The translations under genes and the position numbers were made by a program. The notes under the pieces are model-generated. The model saw only the letters and a list, made by a program, of their open reading frames with translations, was not told the DNA's origin and did not search any database. Shown one piece after another: positions 8,666 through 18,973 of a stretch of 64,000 nucleotides of DNA (position 1 is its first letter; each line of letters opens with the position of its first letter). Location: NCBI GenBank assembly GCA_963664705.1, contig OY761556.1, positions 3,520,001-3,584,000 of the forward strand. Direction: 5' to 3'. This DNA is from Acidobacteriota bacterium. Its GTDB lineage: Bacteria; Acidobacteriota; UBA6911.

Positions 8666-11545
8666 TCAGGCATCTGTGAGCTTTGAATGGGCCATCGGAT
8701 TGCTCTCAATAGCACCCCTCACTTTAGTAGCCAATTCCTGTATGCTGAATGGTTTTGCAAGGAAATGTATCCCTGGCTCCAGAACACCGTGATTCGCTAT
8801 GACAGTATCCGTATAGCCGGACATAAACAAACATTTGATATCCGGGCGAACGATCTTTAGCCTCTTCGCCAATTCCTTGCCGTTCATCTCCGGCATGATT
8901 AGGTCTGTTATCAATAGCTGAATGGTGCCGGCATGTTTCTCGGCCAGTTGAATCGCCATCCGCGGTGTCTCAGCCGCCAGCACAATATACCCCAGCCGCT
9001 CAAGCGCCGTTTTCCCCAGTTTCAAAATTGAACTCTCATCCTCGACCAGCAGAAGCGTCTCGCTTCCATGAGGTTCACTATCTCTCAAAGTGTTTTCCCG
9101 AACCTCGATTTCTTCCTGCTTCATTTCCCGAGGTATATATATTTTGAAGGTTGTTCCTTTCCCTGGTTCGCTATGAACATTGATGAAGCCTTTATTCTGT
9201 CTGACGATTCCATATACCGTGGATAATCCAAGACCGGTGCCGCGTCCCAGTTCTTTGGTAGTAAAAAACGGCTCGAAAATTTGGGTCAGCGTCTCCTTAT
9301 TCATCCCGCAGCCGCTGTCGCTTACTGCCAGCATTGCAAACTCGCCTGGCTGAAAATCCGATTGGGTATCATCCAATGCTCTATCAAGCTCGATATTTTT
9401 TGTCTCGATTGTAATCCTACCGATGCCATTGATAGAGTCGCGCGCGTTAACGCAGAGATTAGCCAGCACCTGATCAATCTGCGAGGGATCCATTCGAACC
9501 GGCCATAACTGAGAGTCCGGATGCCAGACCAGCTCAATATCCTCTCCGATAAGGCGCCTCAGCATCTTCAGCATCCCATCGATGGTATGGTTCAAATCGA
9601 GAATCTTTGGAACGATGGTTTGCCTGCGGGCAAAAGCAAGAAGCTGGCGAGTAATGCGAGCGGATTTCCCGGCAGCGTCCTGGATGGCGCTTAGGTCGGC
9701 ATGCAGCGGCAATCCCGGCTCCGCTTCGGCCAGCAACATCTCAGTGTGTCCAAGGATCACAGTCAGCATGTTGTTGAAATCGTGCGCTACACCGCCCGCC
9801 AGACGCCCCACGGACTCCATTTTCTGCGCCTGCATCAGTTGGGCTGTTAATTGCTGATGCTCAGTAATATCGCGCTTAACCGCAACAAATTGAATGATCC
9901 TGCCCGAAGCATCGCATACCGGCGAGATCGTGGCTTCCTCCGCATAGCGTTCACCGCTCCTCTTGCAGTTGATAAATTCGCCTTTCCAGGTTTTGCCGGA
10001 GGTGATTGTTTTCCACAAATTGCGATAAAATTCATTATTTTGCGCGCCGCTTTTCAATATGCGCGGATTTTTGCCGATCACTTCTGCGCACGTATAGCCC
10101 GTCACGGACTCAAAAGCGGGATTAACGTACTCGATGCGTCCATCCAAATTTGTGATACAGACGGCTTCGCCCGCCTGTTCAATGGCCGCAAGCAGACGCT
10201 CTCGCTCGACTTCAGCTCGCTTGCGGTCTGCAATATCATGCACAATGGAATGAAAGACCTCCTTGCCGGTCGTCACAATGCGGCTGCTGAACACTTCCAC
10301 ATCCCGAATGGAGCCATCCGCCCGGCGATGGCAAAACTCAAAATGAATTCGGTTTTGATCTTTGATCTTCTGCATCGCTTTGCGAATGTCCTCAGGCGGA
10401 AGCGTATTGATGTTTTGGATATTCATTTGCATCAAGCGCTCGCGGGGCCAGCCATAGTATTGGGTGGCCGCCTCATTGACATCCAGTATTGATCCTGTTT
10501 CAGGATCCATGATCATTTGGACCGCAGCATGGTCTTGGAATAACCGACGATATGTTTCTTCGCTCTCCCGCAAGGCTTGCTGAGTCCGATAGGTCTCGGT
10601 CACATCTCGAAAAACCAGCACCACACCGCTCACATCTCCGTTTTCATGACGAATAGGGGCAGCAGTGCTGGTAATGTGCCGTTCCGTTCCGTCGCTCGCT
10701 ACAAGTATGCTGTGATTCGCCCAACCGGAAGTTGTGTCCGTGCGCAACACCGTCTCTACTGGATTGAGATCAGCCTCCTGCGTATCGGTATGCTTGATCT
10801 TAAAGACCTCCGCCAAATTTTTCCCACGCGCGGCCTCACTGGACCAGCCGATGAGGCGTTCCGCTTCCGGATTCATAAGGACGATCCGACCTTCTGGATC
10901 AGTCGATATGACTGCTTCCCCCATGGACTGAAGAGTCACTTCGAGATTTTGCTTGGTTTTGCGCAGCTCCTCCACCGAGCGTGAAGCAAATGCCTGGTCG
11001 GCCAGAACCTTGCCGCCAAGAATGGTAGCTAGGGGATACAGCAATATCACTGGAAGACCAATATTATGTAAAGTCGGCAGGATGGATTTGGCAGGCAACA
11101 CAAAAATCATCGCAATCATGGCAACATGCACCGCAAGGCCGAAGATGTAAAGAGTTCTGACGGATACGCCCGATTCGGGTTTGACCCTGAAATGTGCGAC
11201 AATGCCAATGCTCATTGAGGACAGAATTACTAGCACTCCCATCACCGTCCCCATACCGCCAATCCATACCCGGCAGCCTATGGGCATCACCACCGCGGCA
11301 ACCGCCGCCCAGGGACCAAAATAGAGGGCGCATAGGCTTATCATTACGGATCGTCCATCAAAGATCAGCCCTGCTCCCAAATCCAGCGGTCTCAGCATTC
11401 CCACAACTGCGGCACCACCAAAGAGCATGCCTTGCAAAATCTCAGCCAATCGTCCCCTTTGGGGCTTATGTTTTTCAATGAAGCCGGAGATGATGCTGAG
11501 CGCCACCAGCAGCGCCAGGTTGAAGACCAAATTGAGGTAAATCAT
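8666..11545 (-). CDS. Hybrid sensor histidine kinase (5TM-LYT-like membrane domain, 3 PAS domains, HisKA, HATPase, REC)
   Basis: DGRSVMISLCALYFGP membrane sensor, PAS repeats, GGVAHDFNNML H-box, NLCVNARD, GRGTGLGL, C-terminal LLVEDE...TDLIMPEMNG receiver; start taken at MIYLNL. Confidence 0.92.
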   Translation of the reverse strand: MIYLNLVFNLALLVALSIISGFIEKHKPQRGRLAEILQGMLFGGAAVVGMLRPLDLGAGLIFDGRSVMISLCALYFGPWAAVAAVVMPIGCRVWIGGMGTVMGVLVILSSMSIGIVAHFRVKPESGVSVRTLYIFGLAVHVAMIAMIFVLPAKSILPTLHNIGLPVILLYPLATILGGKVLADQAFASRSVEELRKTKQNLEVTLQSMGEAVISTDPEGRIVLMNPEAERLIGWSSEAARGKNLAEVFKIKHTDTQEADLNPVETVLRTDTTSGWANHSILVASDGTERHITSTAAPIRHENGDVSGVVLVFRDVTETYRTQQALRESEETYRRLFQDHAAVQMIMDPETGSILDVNEAATQYYGWPRERLMQMNIQNINTLPPEDIRKAMQKIKDQNRIHFEFCHRRADGSIRDVEVFSSRIVTTGKEVFHSIVHDIADRKRAEVERERLLAAIEQAGEAVCITNLDGRIEYVNPAFESVTGYTCAEVIGKNPRILKSGAQNNEFYRNLWKTITSGKTWKGEFINCKRSGERYAEEATISPVCDASGRIIQFVAVKRDITEHQQLTAQLMQAQKMESVGRLAGGVAHDFNNMLTVILGHTEMLLAEAEPGLPLHADLSAIQDAAGKSARITRQLLAFARRQTIVPKILDLNHTIDGMLKMLRRLIGEDIELVWHPDSQLWPVRMDPSQIDQVLANLCVNARDSINGIGRITIETKNIELDRALDDTQSDFQPGEFAMLAVSDSGCGMNKETLTQIFEPFFTTKELGRGTGLGLSTVYGIVRQNKGFINVHSEPGKGTTFKIYIPREMKQEEIEVRENTLRDSEPHGSETLLLVEDESSILKLGKTALERLGYIVLAAETPRMAIQLAEKHAGTIQLLITDLIMPEMNGKELAKRLKIVRPDIKCLFMSGYTDTVIANHGVLEPGIHFLAKPFSIQELATKVRGAIESNPMAHSKLTDA

Positions 11546-11794
11546 GCTTGCCTTCTCCCGAGAGGGCGTATGAGCAGTGGCTGTCGCCAGGATCCACAAA
11601 ACTTGCTAAGGCATAGCTATGCCTTCATCAATACAAGAACGCAAATAAGTGGAGGTCGCCTACTCAGTGCTGCTGATTTTTTGTCAGGCTTTACCCGCTT
11701 GGGTTATCGACATTTTCCGTGTAACGAATTAACAGGAATACAGAGGAGCGAGCAATTGCCCTTTCTCAAAAAAGGTGGACGAAGGGGACGTCCC

Positions 11795-12277
11795 TTAAGA
11801 CTGCCAGTAGGTGCGGTCGAGCGTGCGGTATTGGATAGCCTCGGAGACATGGCGGGCAAGAATCTTGTCCATGCCGTCCAGGTCGGCCATGGTCCTGGAG
11901 ACGCGCAGAATGCGGTCATACGCGCGCGCGGATAAACCAAGCTTTGTGATGGCATTCTCCATCTGTTTTTCCGACTCGGCATCCAGACTGCAAAAACGAC
12001 GAATCGTGCGCGCTGTCATCTGGGCGTTGCAGTAGATGCCAAAAGCCTCCAGTCGTTTGCACTGGGCATTCCGCGCGGCCAGGATGCGGCCACGAATTAC
12101 CGTGGACTCCTCACATTTATCATCCTGCGCCAATTCCTTGTATTTGACGGCCGGAACCTGGATATGTAAATCGATTCTGTCGAGCAAAGGCCCGGACACT
12201 CTTGCCAGGTATCGCTGAATCAGCGGCGGCGTGCAGGTGCAGTCGTGCTGCGTATCGCCAAAATACCCGCACTGGCA
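11795..12277 (-). pseudogene. comM: Displaced 3' fragment of comM (direct repeat of 19414-19896, one boundary of the island)
   Basis: 483-bp copy of the comM 3' end with about 7 mismatches by eye; begins at the CQCGY codons and has no 5' part. Confidence 0.9.
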
Positions 12278-12285
12278 TAGATGCG

Positions 12286-12705
12286 TTGCCTTTTTGCAGC
12301 TTAACCTTAAAGGCGAAGGTACCGCTATCCAAGCATTACCCTAAGCAAATCAATAGCTTAGGAGACCACCTTAGGAAGAGAAGATTGGACCTGCAGCTCC
12401 TTCAGAAGGAAGTCGCGGAGAAAATTGGAGTTGATACGTCTACCATTCACAATTGGGAGAAGCAACACACGCAGCCGGAAATACGGTTCGTTGCCCGGAT
12501 CATTGAATTCCTTGGATATGACCCGCTACCGCAGCCGGAATCATTTCCGGAGAAGTTGAAAACGCACCGATTAAGGCTGGGGCTGTCACAACGGAAGCTG
12601 GCAGCAAAACTCGGAGTGGATCCGAGCACGATCTATCACTGGGAATTAGGCAGCCACAAACCGGTAGAGGTCTTTTGCAGGTTGTTGGAAAGACTCCTGA
12701 AATAA
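12286..12705 (+). CDS. XRE-family regulator with two tandem HTH domains (start uncertain)
   Basis: LGDHLRKRRLDLQLLQKEVAEKIGVDTSTIHNWE and LKTHRLRLGLSQRKLAAKLGVDPSTIYHWELG. Frame is open back across the comM junction; first candidate start inside the island is TTG at 12286. Confidence 0.85.
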   Translation: MPFCSLTLKAKVPLSKHYPKQINSLGDHLRKRRLDLQLLQKEVAEKIGVDTSTIHNWEKQHTQPEIRFVARIIEFLGYDPLPQPESFPEKLKTHRLRLGLSQRKLAAKLGVDPSTIYHWELGSHKPVEVFCRLLERLLK

Positions 12706-12880
12706 TGACAGTAAAAGAGAGAAGCCAAATCGAGGCCAAGAGGATTTATTGGAACAAACGTAACCGGGCCCAAATTGCGCGGTTGGGCAAATCATGCCCA
12801 TGCACCGCCTCCCTCGTCTTCCGGAGGGCCAAACACTTTGTTTAACAGGTTTCCGATGGACTGAACCCACTCCCAGTGAG

Positions 12881-12922
12881 ACCATCTGAATCCACCAGAT
12901 CAGAATCATTTCTGACGTAAGC
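12881..12922 (-). pseudogene. Relic of an Rhs core end (orphan Rhs module remnant)
   Basis: Translates to AYVRNDSDLVDSDG versus AYVRNDPLNRVDADG in the Rhs gene; 15 bp identical (12905-12919 and 14203-14217). Confidence 0.6.
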
Positions 12923-13008
12923 TGGTTTTTGCGCAACGGAATCAAGCCTGCGCTACGCGATCGAATTCTGTAGGAAGCCATCCATGCCGCGTAGAGACTA
13001 GGCTTGCA

Positions 13009-13443
13009 TTAGGGATACTCAAGGCGCCGAGTTAGAATAATCATTTCTCTCGGGTTTGCTGTTGGGGCAATCTCATTCTTTCCCTCACTCACCATCCTCC
13101 TAACCACCCCCTTTTGAACCAATTCTCTTGTCTTTAGTATAAATCGCTGGTCACGGTCTGACTGCCACCACTTAGAACTTAGCGCAACGAGAAAACTGAC
13201 ATACCTTGGTGCGGGAGAAGGAAAGTTAATTTGAGCGGCTCCTTTGTCATCCGTAATTAGGATGACAGGCGATATGTAGTTAGCAGGAGTTTTATCCTCT
13301 TTTTCATACATTAGAGATATTGAAACTCGCTGACTTGGCAATGGATTCCCAGTTTCTACGTCGATGATGCGAACCGTTATTGTCTGCCCTAAACAGACTG
13401 GGACAAACAATAAATACAAAAGGTATAGAGCTGGCCGACTCAT
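13009..13443 (-). CDS. Putative Rhs immunity protein (exported, beta-sandwich-like)
   Basis: Directly downstream of the Rhs gene, low GC, AGGAGG RBS, signal peptide (MSRPALYLLYLLFVPVCLG). Immunity role is inferred from position. Confidence 0.55.
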   Translation of the reverse strand: MSRPALYLLYLLFVPVCLGQTITVRIIDVETGNPLPSQRVSISLMYEKEDKTPANYISPVILITDDKGAAQINFPSPAPRYVSFLVALSSKWWQSDRDQRFILKTRELVQKGVVRRMVSEGKNEIAPTANPREMIILTRRLEYP

Positions 13444-13533
13444 TAATTCCTCCTAAAAAGGCAATTGTCGGTTGGTGTAACGGGTGTCGTAACTGGCCGG
13501 CATTCGCCGACGTTTAGGAAAACCATTTTCCCA

Positions 13534-16500
13534 TTAGTTTAGGTTCGTTCCATGACAATGCTCCCTTAGCTTGTCATCCCAATAGCCACTTGCATCAAGC
13601 GTATTCTCATCCAATGATTTCTGCGGATTACTAACCCATCCCAATACTGAGGCGATAGCAATATCTCCACTATTTAAGCCAATATGAATGCCCTCGTGTA
13701 AAACTGTTGCCCCCATTTCAACTGACAAGAAAACCGCGGGATCAAAAGCCGGTTTCCAGAGATCAATGGTCCACGTGTCCAGATTTGCAGTGGCCGTGGC
13801 ATTTTCTTGCCATTTATGATGGAATTGGTTAGGGTGTGAGACAATATTATAATCAAATTGCTGGAAGTCTGAAAAACGCTGATTTGCGTAGTACTCTCCC
13901 TGATATTTGTATATCGAATTGAAAAGTCCCATAACAAAGGACCCACAATCAGAGCTGATGTCACTAACCCATGATTTTGCGATCGATTCACCTGAATCAA
14001 CGAGTGTTTTCACAGGATCGGCCGGAATCGCTGGGATCTGTATTACTGGCTGAGGCGGTTGCATGCTATAAGCAAAGGCATACCAGTACAGTGCACTTCG
14101 TGCCATGAAATCGCTAAAATCAACTGGAGGGTTGTATTCGCTGGAACCAAGCCATCCAAGCGGGTTCCAAAACTTTCCATCCGCATCAACCCTATTTAGA
14201 GGATCATTTCTGACGTACGCGTACTTGTTCAGCGACTGCGGGTCGTAGATGTGCGCCGTCAAAGGATCCGGCGAGGTCCATCGCATTAGCGAGGTATTGT
14301 AGTACCTGGCACCGAAGTCCTTCAGACCTGTCTCCTCATCCACCTTGTGGCCGGGATATTGATCCGAGCCGCCGGAACCAAATGCCCTGGAATAAAAGCC
14401 GCTATCAACGATCTGGCTTCCGATTGTAACAACCTCCTCCTGCCGGTGATTCCTTCCCGGCCATTTGAGATTATCCACCACCGTGTAGCCAAAGCTGTTG
14501 TTCGTATAGCCCCTGGTGCGCCGCGCAACAAGCGCCGAGTTCATATAGATATTGTTCGTATATGTATTTTCATACGTCTGCCACGACGCGCTCTCCACCT
14601 TGTATTCGGCAAGGATTTCATTCCCGTTCCCATAAACATACGAATAGCTAACCGAGCGCTGTTCCCCATAATAATAATAGTTCCAGCTCTTTTTCACCCT
14701 GCGGCCCAGCGCATCGTACCGGTACGCTCCCAGCAACGCGCTATCCGACGTGCGATTCACTTGCCTGATCAGGCTGTTGGCATTGTAAAGGTACGAATTG
14801 GCTGCATCCTGAAGCTGGTTGCCCGACTGATCATAGTAAGATGCATACGCTGCAAGCCGGTTGTTCTGGTCATTGGCGGTCCCACTCACGTTCCCGTACC
14901 TGTCATAGCTCCAGTTGCTGCTCCACTCTGTTCCGTTCGCCGACTGCAGAGTTTCCGCCGACAACCGCCCCAATCGATCGTACCCATACGTCGACCATTT
15001 CGATTCCAGGCTATTGCCGTAAGCATCTTTTTTCGTGTAGTCGACCCGAGAGATCCGGTTGGATAGCGTGTACGAATAATTCAGGTCATATTCGTGGGGA
15101 GTCCCCCACATGCTATTCGGAACCGTTATCCGGATGATCGAAAGCCTCCCATAACTATCCGTAACATGTTCTTCCGAGCTGGTTCCGTAAGAAATCAGCG
15201 AAACCGATCCATCCACCAGCGCGTAGTCGACATCCGTGACATAGGTTCGGCTTGTCCCGGAAATGACAGTATCCACTATTCCCGTCGCTCGTCCGATTGG
15301 ATCGCGCGTGTATGTGATCTCATTGCCGTCAGGATAGGTCATACTTTGTAGATCCTTCTTCGAGCATCCGCAGCCAGCCGGCGTGTAGCTATAGTTTACA
15401 GGATAATTTGTGGAGTCCATACGCATGATCTGCTGCGTCACCCGGCCTCCCTGGTCGTAGCTCCAGCTATAACCGACACTCTCTCCCGTAATCTGAAGAC
15501 TGCTGTTGACCGTCCAGGCGCTCGTCATTCGCCCCTGCCCGTTTGTTATCAGACCTATCAGACTCGAACTCGATTCATCGTAACTCATCAGTGACCATGG
15601 AGTGCCGTCCGAATAGGACGTAACCAGCAACCGGTTCAGAGCATCATAGCTGTAGCCCGTGACGACACCCCGGGCATCCGTCTTCTGCGTCACGTTCCCG
15701 TTATCATCATAGACAAACGTTACCGTTCCGCTCTCGGGATTGGTTTCCGCTATCTTTCTGCCCAGGCTGTTGTATCCATAGGTCCTCACTTGAACCCCCT
15801 GCAGGATTTGTATCAGCCGGCCCGGAATATCATAGGAATATACGGTCTCAGGTCCCCAGTTCCCGTTGGAATCCTCCTCGATCACCTTTAGAATCTGCCC
15901 GGACTCATTGTGTTCCGTCCTTTTTCTTCGTCCCTCCTGATCGGTCGCTGTGGTTACGTTTCCCACATATTGATACGTTATCTGGCCGCCCGTTGCCGGG
16001 CTTATGCTGGTAATCCTGCCCAGCACATCATAGCTGTAGGTCGTAAACGCCGCCGTGCCCCCACGGCTGGGCAGCCACTTCTTCGTGGCCCGGCCATGAG
16101 CATCGTAGTCCGCTTTTTCATAAATGCTGTTTTCCGACGGGATCTCCTTCTGCGTTTTGATCGTGTTGCCCGAAGGATTGCTGTCAAAATAGGAATAACC
16201 CGATGAGTTGTTGGTGGTTACTTGGTAATCCTGATCATCATAAGAAAAATACGAATTTCCGGTCGGCGCCGATTGATTTACTTTTCTATTGAGCCCGTCA
16301 TAGGCATTGGTAACCTGGGCGCCGTTGGGGTCCGTCGTCGAATACAGATTCCCGGTCCACGCCGTACCAAGAAAACTCTCCCACTGGTACTGCGTCGTGT
16401 GATTCAGCGCATCGGTCGACGAGGCCGGATAGGGACCGACGGTATAGGAAATCGTGGACTGGCTGCCTTTGGGATCAACCTTCCTCACCACATTGCCAGC

Positions 16501-18291
16501 GATATCATATTGGGCATGAGACATAATCCATCGGGACTGCTCCTTGTACAGCGCTCCCGCACTGGTCGCGTTTCCCCGCGTCAAATATGCCGTCCAGTAT
16601 CCGGAATTGTGATTAACCGGATTATAGGCCATCGCCACTAAAGGATAAGCGCCATATTCGTCATAGGCGGTCTGTGTCCGGGTCAGCTCGACATTACCTG
16701 CGTTTCTTGTCGATACGGCCGACACCAGGTTGGTCAATCCCTGCGCAACATATTCCGGATGCGTCTCGTGCCAGTACTCCATTGCCGTTCTTCGAAGCAC
16801 CGAACCGCTGAACCCGGTTTCGACGGTTTCCTTCACATTGCCGGTCCCGTCGGCGGCGTAGGTCGTTGCCGTTTGCGTCGTTTTCCCATCGTCCAGCGTG
16901 GTTGTGGCAGACGTAATTCGCGGGTTCAGAACAAAAGTCTTCAGCGTATCGTCCTGACTCCAGGAATAACTCTGGGTTCTCAAAACAGTCTGCCCGTTAT
17001 AGGTTTTCCGCGTGACCGAGGTCGGCATGCCGTCAGACCAATTTGCTCCCGATGAGGTGTAGTTCAGGTTATAAATGGTTCGCCCGTCGATATCCGCCGC
17101 TACCTCAACAGAAGAGGGGTTGGATTTCGTCTGGTCAACGCTGTAGCTGATGGACCAGGTGGTGCTGGTTGTCGTCCCATTATTGTTAACGTACTCCGTC
17201 TTCTGAGACACCATTCTCTGGGGACGCCAGTTTGGAGTGCCGCCATCATAGATGCTGTTTGTTCCATAAGAATAGGCGACCCTGTCCCGGCTCGAGGTGG
17301 ATATCAGCGTCCATTGATAGGTATTATAATCATAGCCATACTCGCTGACGGAGTCGGTCACGACGGCCAGCTCGCCAAACTGATTGTACTGAAACACTTG
17401 TCCGAGACGTGTATTGCTCAAGCCTCCGCCATTAATTCCCGCCATCCATATCGAACTCAACACCTTTTCATTGGGGCCCGGGCTCTGAACCGTATAAGGA
17501 GACGGGAAGGACGGCGAAAGCGACGGTGTCGCGTATTGAAAATTAATCCATATGGGATAGCTCGCATGCATCACCCGGATGCTGCTGAGAAATCCATCCC
17601 CGCCATAGAAGAAAGTCATCTGCGGCACAGCCGTGTAAGGGTAGGTCGTTGTGTCGTATGAATTTCCCAGGCTGTCGTCAATCGAGGCCAGTTTCCCGGT
17701 GCCGGGCACATAGGTTGCAAATATCTGGTTTCCGTTTCGATCCCGAACTTCCGTTGCGTAGGAATTGGCCCCCACGGTATTTCCAAAAAACAGCTTTGTG
17801 CCTCCGACCATCGTCGCCACATTCGGATTGCCCGGCGTCAGCCGTATATAGGTGGAATCGACAGACCTCCAGTCGCCGCGTCCATAATCGGCTATCTCGT
17901 GCGAACTGCCGTCTGACATGACAAGTGTATAGCTGGATCTCCCTTGGACAAGGTATGGAAAGCCAAGCCGCCACCCCAATCCCACGGAACTTCCCAGTTC
18001 GGACAACCCCATCAGCGTGGTGCCGGTTCGCGTCCAGATCTTGCTGTTATAGGCCAATGACAGGGACAGATTCAAGCCGGCTCTGCCCGGTCGCGTCGGC
18101 AACGGCCTGCTGAAAACAATATTTCCGTTCACCAGGTTGATTTGTCCAAGTCCGCCCAGATAGGGAACAAATGAATACATCCCCTGCGCATTCATGCAGT
18201 CATAGGTTAATTCGGTTTCAATAAATGCGGTTCTTGTCGCGATGGGAAAAGTCAGGAATGCAATCAGAATGAGTAGGATTCGTTTTGTCAT
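13534..18291 (-). CDS. RHS/YD-repeat polymorphic toxin with signal peptide and HExxH C-terminal domain
   Basis: YD repeats (YSYDALNR, YRYDALGRRVKK), Rhs core DEETGLKDFGARYY...PDPL...YAYVRNDPLNRVDADG, then a low-GC C-terminal domain with VLHEGIH. Confidence 0.92.
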   Translation of the reverse strand: MTKRILLILIAFLTFPIATRTAFIETELTYDCMNAQGMYSFVPYLGGLGQINLVNGNIVFSRPLPTRPGRAGLNLSLSLAYNSKIWTRTGTTLMGLSELGSSVGLGWRLGFPYLVQGRSSYTLVMSDGSSHEIADYGRGDWRSVDSTYIRLTPGNPNVATMVGGTKLFFGNTVGANSYATEVRDRNGNQIFATYVPGTGKLASIDDSLGNSYDTTTYPYTAVPQMTFFYGGDGFLSSIRVMHASYPIWINFQYATPSLSPSFPSPYTVQSPGPNEKVLSSIWMAGINGGGLSNTRLGQVFQYNQFGELAVVTDSVSEYGYDYNTYQWTLISTSSRDRVAYSYGTNSIYDGGTPNWRPQRMVSQKTEYVNNNGTTTSTTWSISYSVDQTKSNPSSVEVAADIDGRTIYNLNYTSSGANWSDGMPTSVTRKTYNGQTVLRTQSYSWSQDDTLKTFVLNPRITSATTTLDDGKTTQTATTYAADGTGNVKETVETGFSGSVLRRTAMEYWHETHPEYVAQGLTNLVSAVSTRNAGNVELTRTQTAYDEYGAYPLVAMAYNPVNHNSGYWTAYLTRGNATSAGALYKEQSRWIMSHAQYDIAGNVVRKVDPKGSQSTISYTVGPYPASSTDALNHTTQYQWESFLGTAWTGNLYSTTDPNGAQVTNAYDGLNRKVNQSAPTGNSYFSYDDQDYQVTTNNSSGYSYFDSNPSGNTIKTQKEIPSENSIYEKADYDAHGRATKKWLPSRGGTAAFTTYSYDVLGRITSISPATGGQITYQYVGNVTTATDQEGRRKRTEHNESGQILKVIEEDSNGNWGPETVYSYDIPGRLIQILQGVQVRTYGYNSLGRKIAETNPESGTVTFVYDDNGNVTQKTDARGVVTGYSYDALNRLLVTSYSDGTPWSLMSYDESSSSLIGLITNGQGRMTSAWTVNSSLQITGESVGYSWSYDQGGRVTQQIMRMDSTNYPVNYSYTPAGCGCSKKDLQSMTYPDGNEITYTRDPIGRATGIVDTVISGTSRTYVTDVDYALVDGSVSLISYGTSSEEHVTDSYGRLSIIRITVPNSMWGTPHEYDLNYSYTLSNRISRVDYTKKDAYGNSLESKWSTYGYDRLGRLSAETLQSANGTEWSSNWSYDRYGNVSGTANDQNNRLAAYASYYDQSGNQLQDAANSYLYNANSLIRQVNRTSDSALLGAYRYDALGRRVKKSWNYYYYGEQRSVSYSYVYGNGNEILAEYKVESASWQTYENTYTNNIYMNSALVARRTRGYTNNSFGYTVVDNLKWPGRNHRQEEVVTIGSQIVDSGFYSRAFGSGGSDQYPGHKVDEETGLKDFGARYYNTSLMRWTSPDPLTAHIYDPQSLNKYAYVRNDPLNRVDADGKFWNPLGWLGSSEYNPPVDFSDFMARSALYWYAFAYSMQPPQPVIQIPAIPADPVKTLVDSGESIAKSWVSDISSDCGSFVMGLFNSIYKYQGEYYANQRFSDFQQFDYNIVSHPNQFHHKWQENATATANLDTWTIDLWKPAFDPAVFLSVEMGATVLHEGIHIGLNSGDIAIASVLGWVSNPQKSLDENTLDASGYWDDKLREHCHGTNLN

Positions 18292-18307
18292 GGCCCAGTT
18301 CTCCGCG

Positions 18308-18730
18308 CTATCTCGTGCGTTTCAGGACAATCACGTTTGACTTGAGGGTGGTGGAAGACAATTTGGCGGGCAAGCCTTCGGATAGGGCCCGGCTCCGGTC
18401 CAATGCCATGACCCGGACTTGATAGGATGCACCAATCCCGGTGCCATCCGATTTGCCGAAATGGCACAGGGCGCTCCATCGATACGCGCCCCCTTCTTCG
18501 TGAATGGTCGCGGGGAAAAGCCGCCAGGCCTTCAGGTGCGGCTCATGAACCAGCGCATAGATTATTTGATCGGGATTGTCGGTTGTTCCTTCTATCAACC
18601 CGCTGTAACCAACGGTCGTGCCTGCTTCCTCGATATTTTTCCGTTCGAGCTTATCAATTCTCAGGCTCGATTGAGCAAGGGCACTGCAACCAAACAGAAC
18701 AAGCGCAAGGCCAACCCAGAATGCTTTCAT
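18308..18730 (-). CDS. Small secreted protein upstream of Rhs
   Basis: MKAFWVGLALVLFGCSALAQ signal peptide after AAGGAGAG RBS; ends 16 bp before the Rhs start. Confidence 0.7.
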   Translation of the reverse strand: MKAFWVGLALVLFGCSALAQSSLRIDKLERKNIEEAGTTVGYSGLIEGTTDNPDQIIYALVHEPHLKAWRLFPATIHEEGGAYRWSALCHFGKSDGTGIGASYQVRVMALDRSRALSEGLPAKLSSTTLKSNVIVLKRTR

Positions 18731-18973
18731 GTCTCTCTCCTTAGCCTTTAAGGAACTGATAATTGCCATTTTGCGAGATTCCTGCTTTTGCTTTGCTTAT
18801 CAAAGGCATTCACATCACAAGCTTCGCTTCACAAGACACTATGCCATCCCAGAAGAAGCGGGCCGCTCTACGGCGCCGGATTAGTGCCGGAGCTTAATTA
18901 TTGCTGTAGCTAAATTCTTGATCGTGAACTCAGTTTTATGGCGGAAGTGAAAATCTGTCTAGCGCGGATTTCG

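Noticed and set aside
11634-11665. Shared motif read as a sigma-54 promoter
   Set aside because: The GG-to-GC spacing does not match the -24/-12 rule.
11795-12277. comM repeat as a DGR template/variable pair or an exact assembly duplication
   Set aside because: The differences are few, mostly synonymous and not all at adenines. The mismatches argue against an exact duplication artefact, though long reads are needed to be sure.
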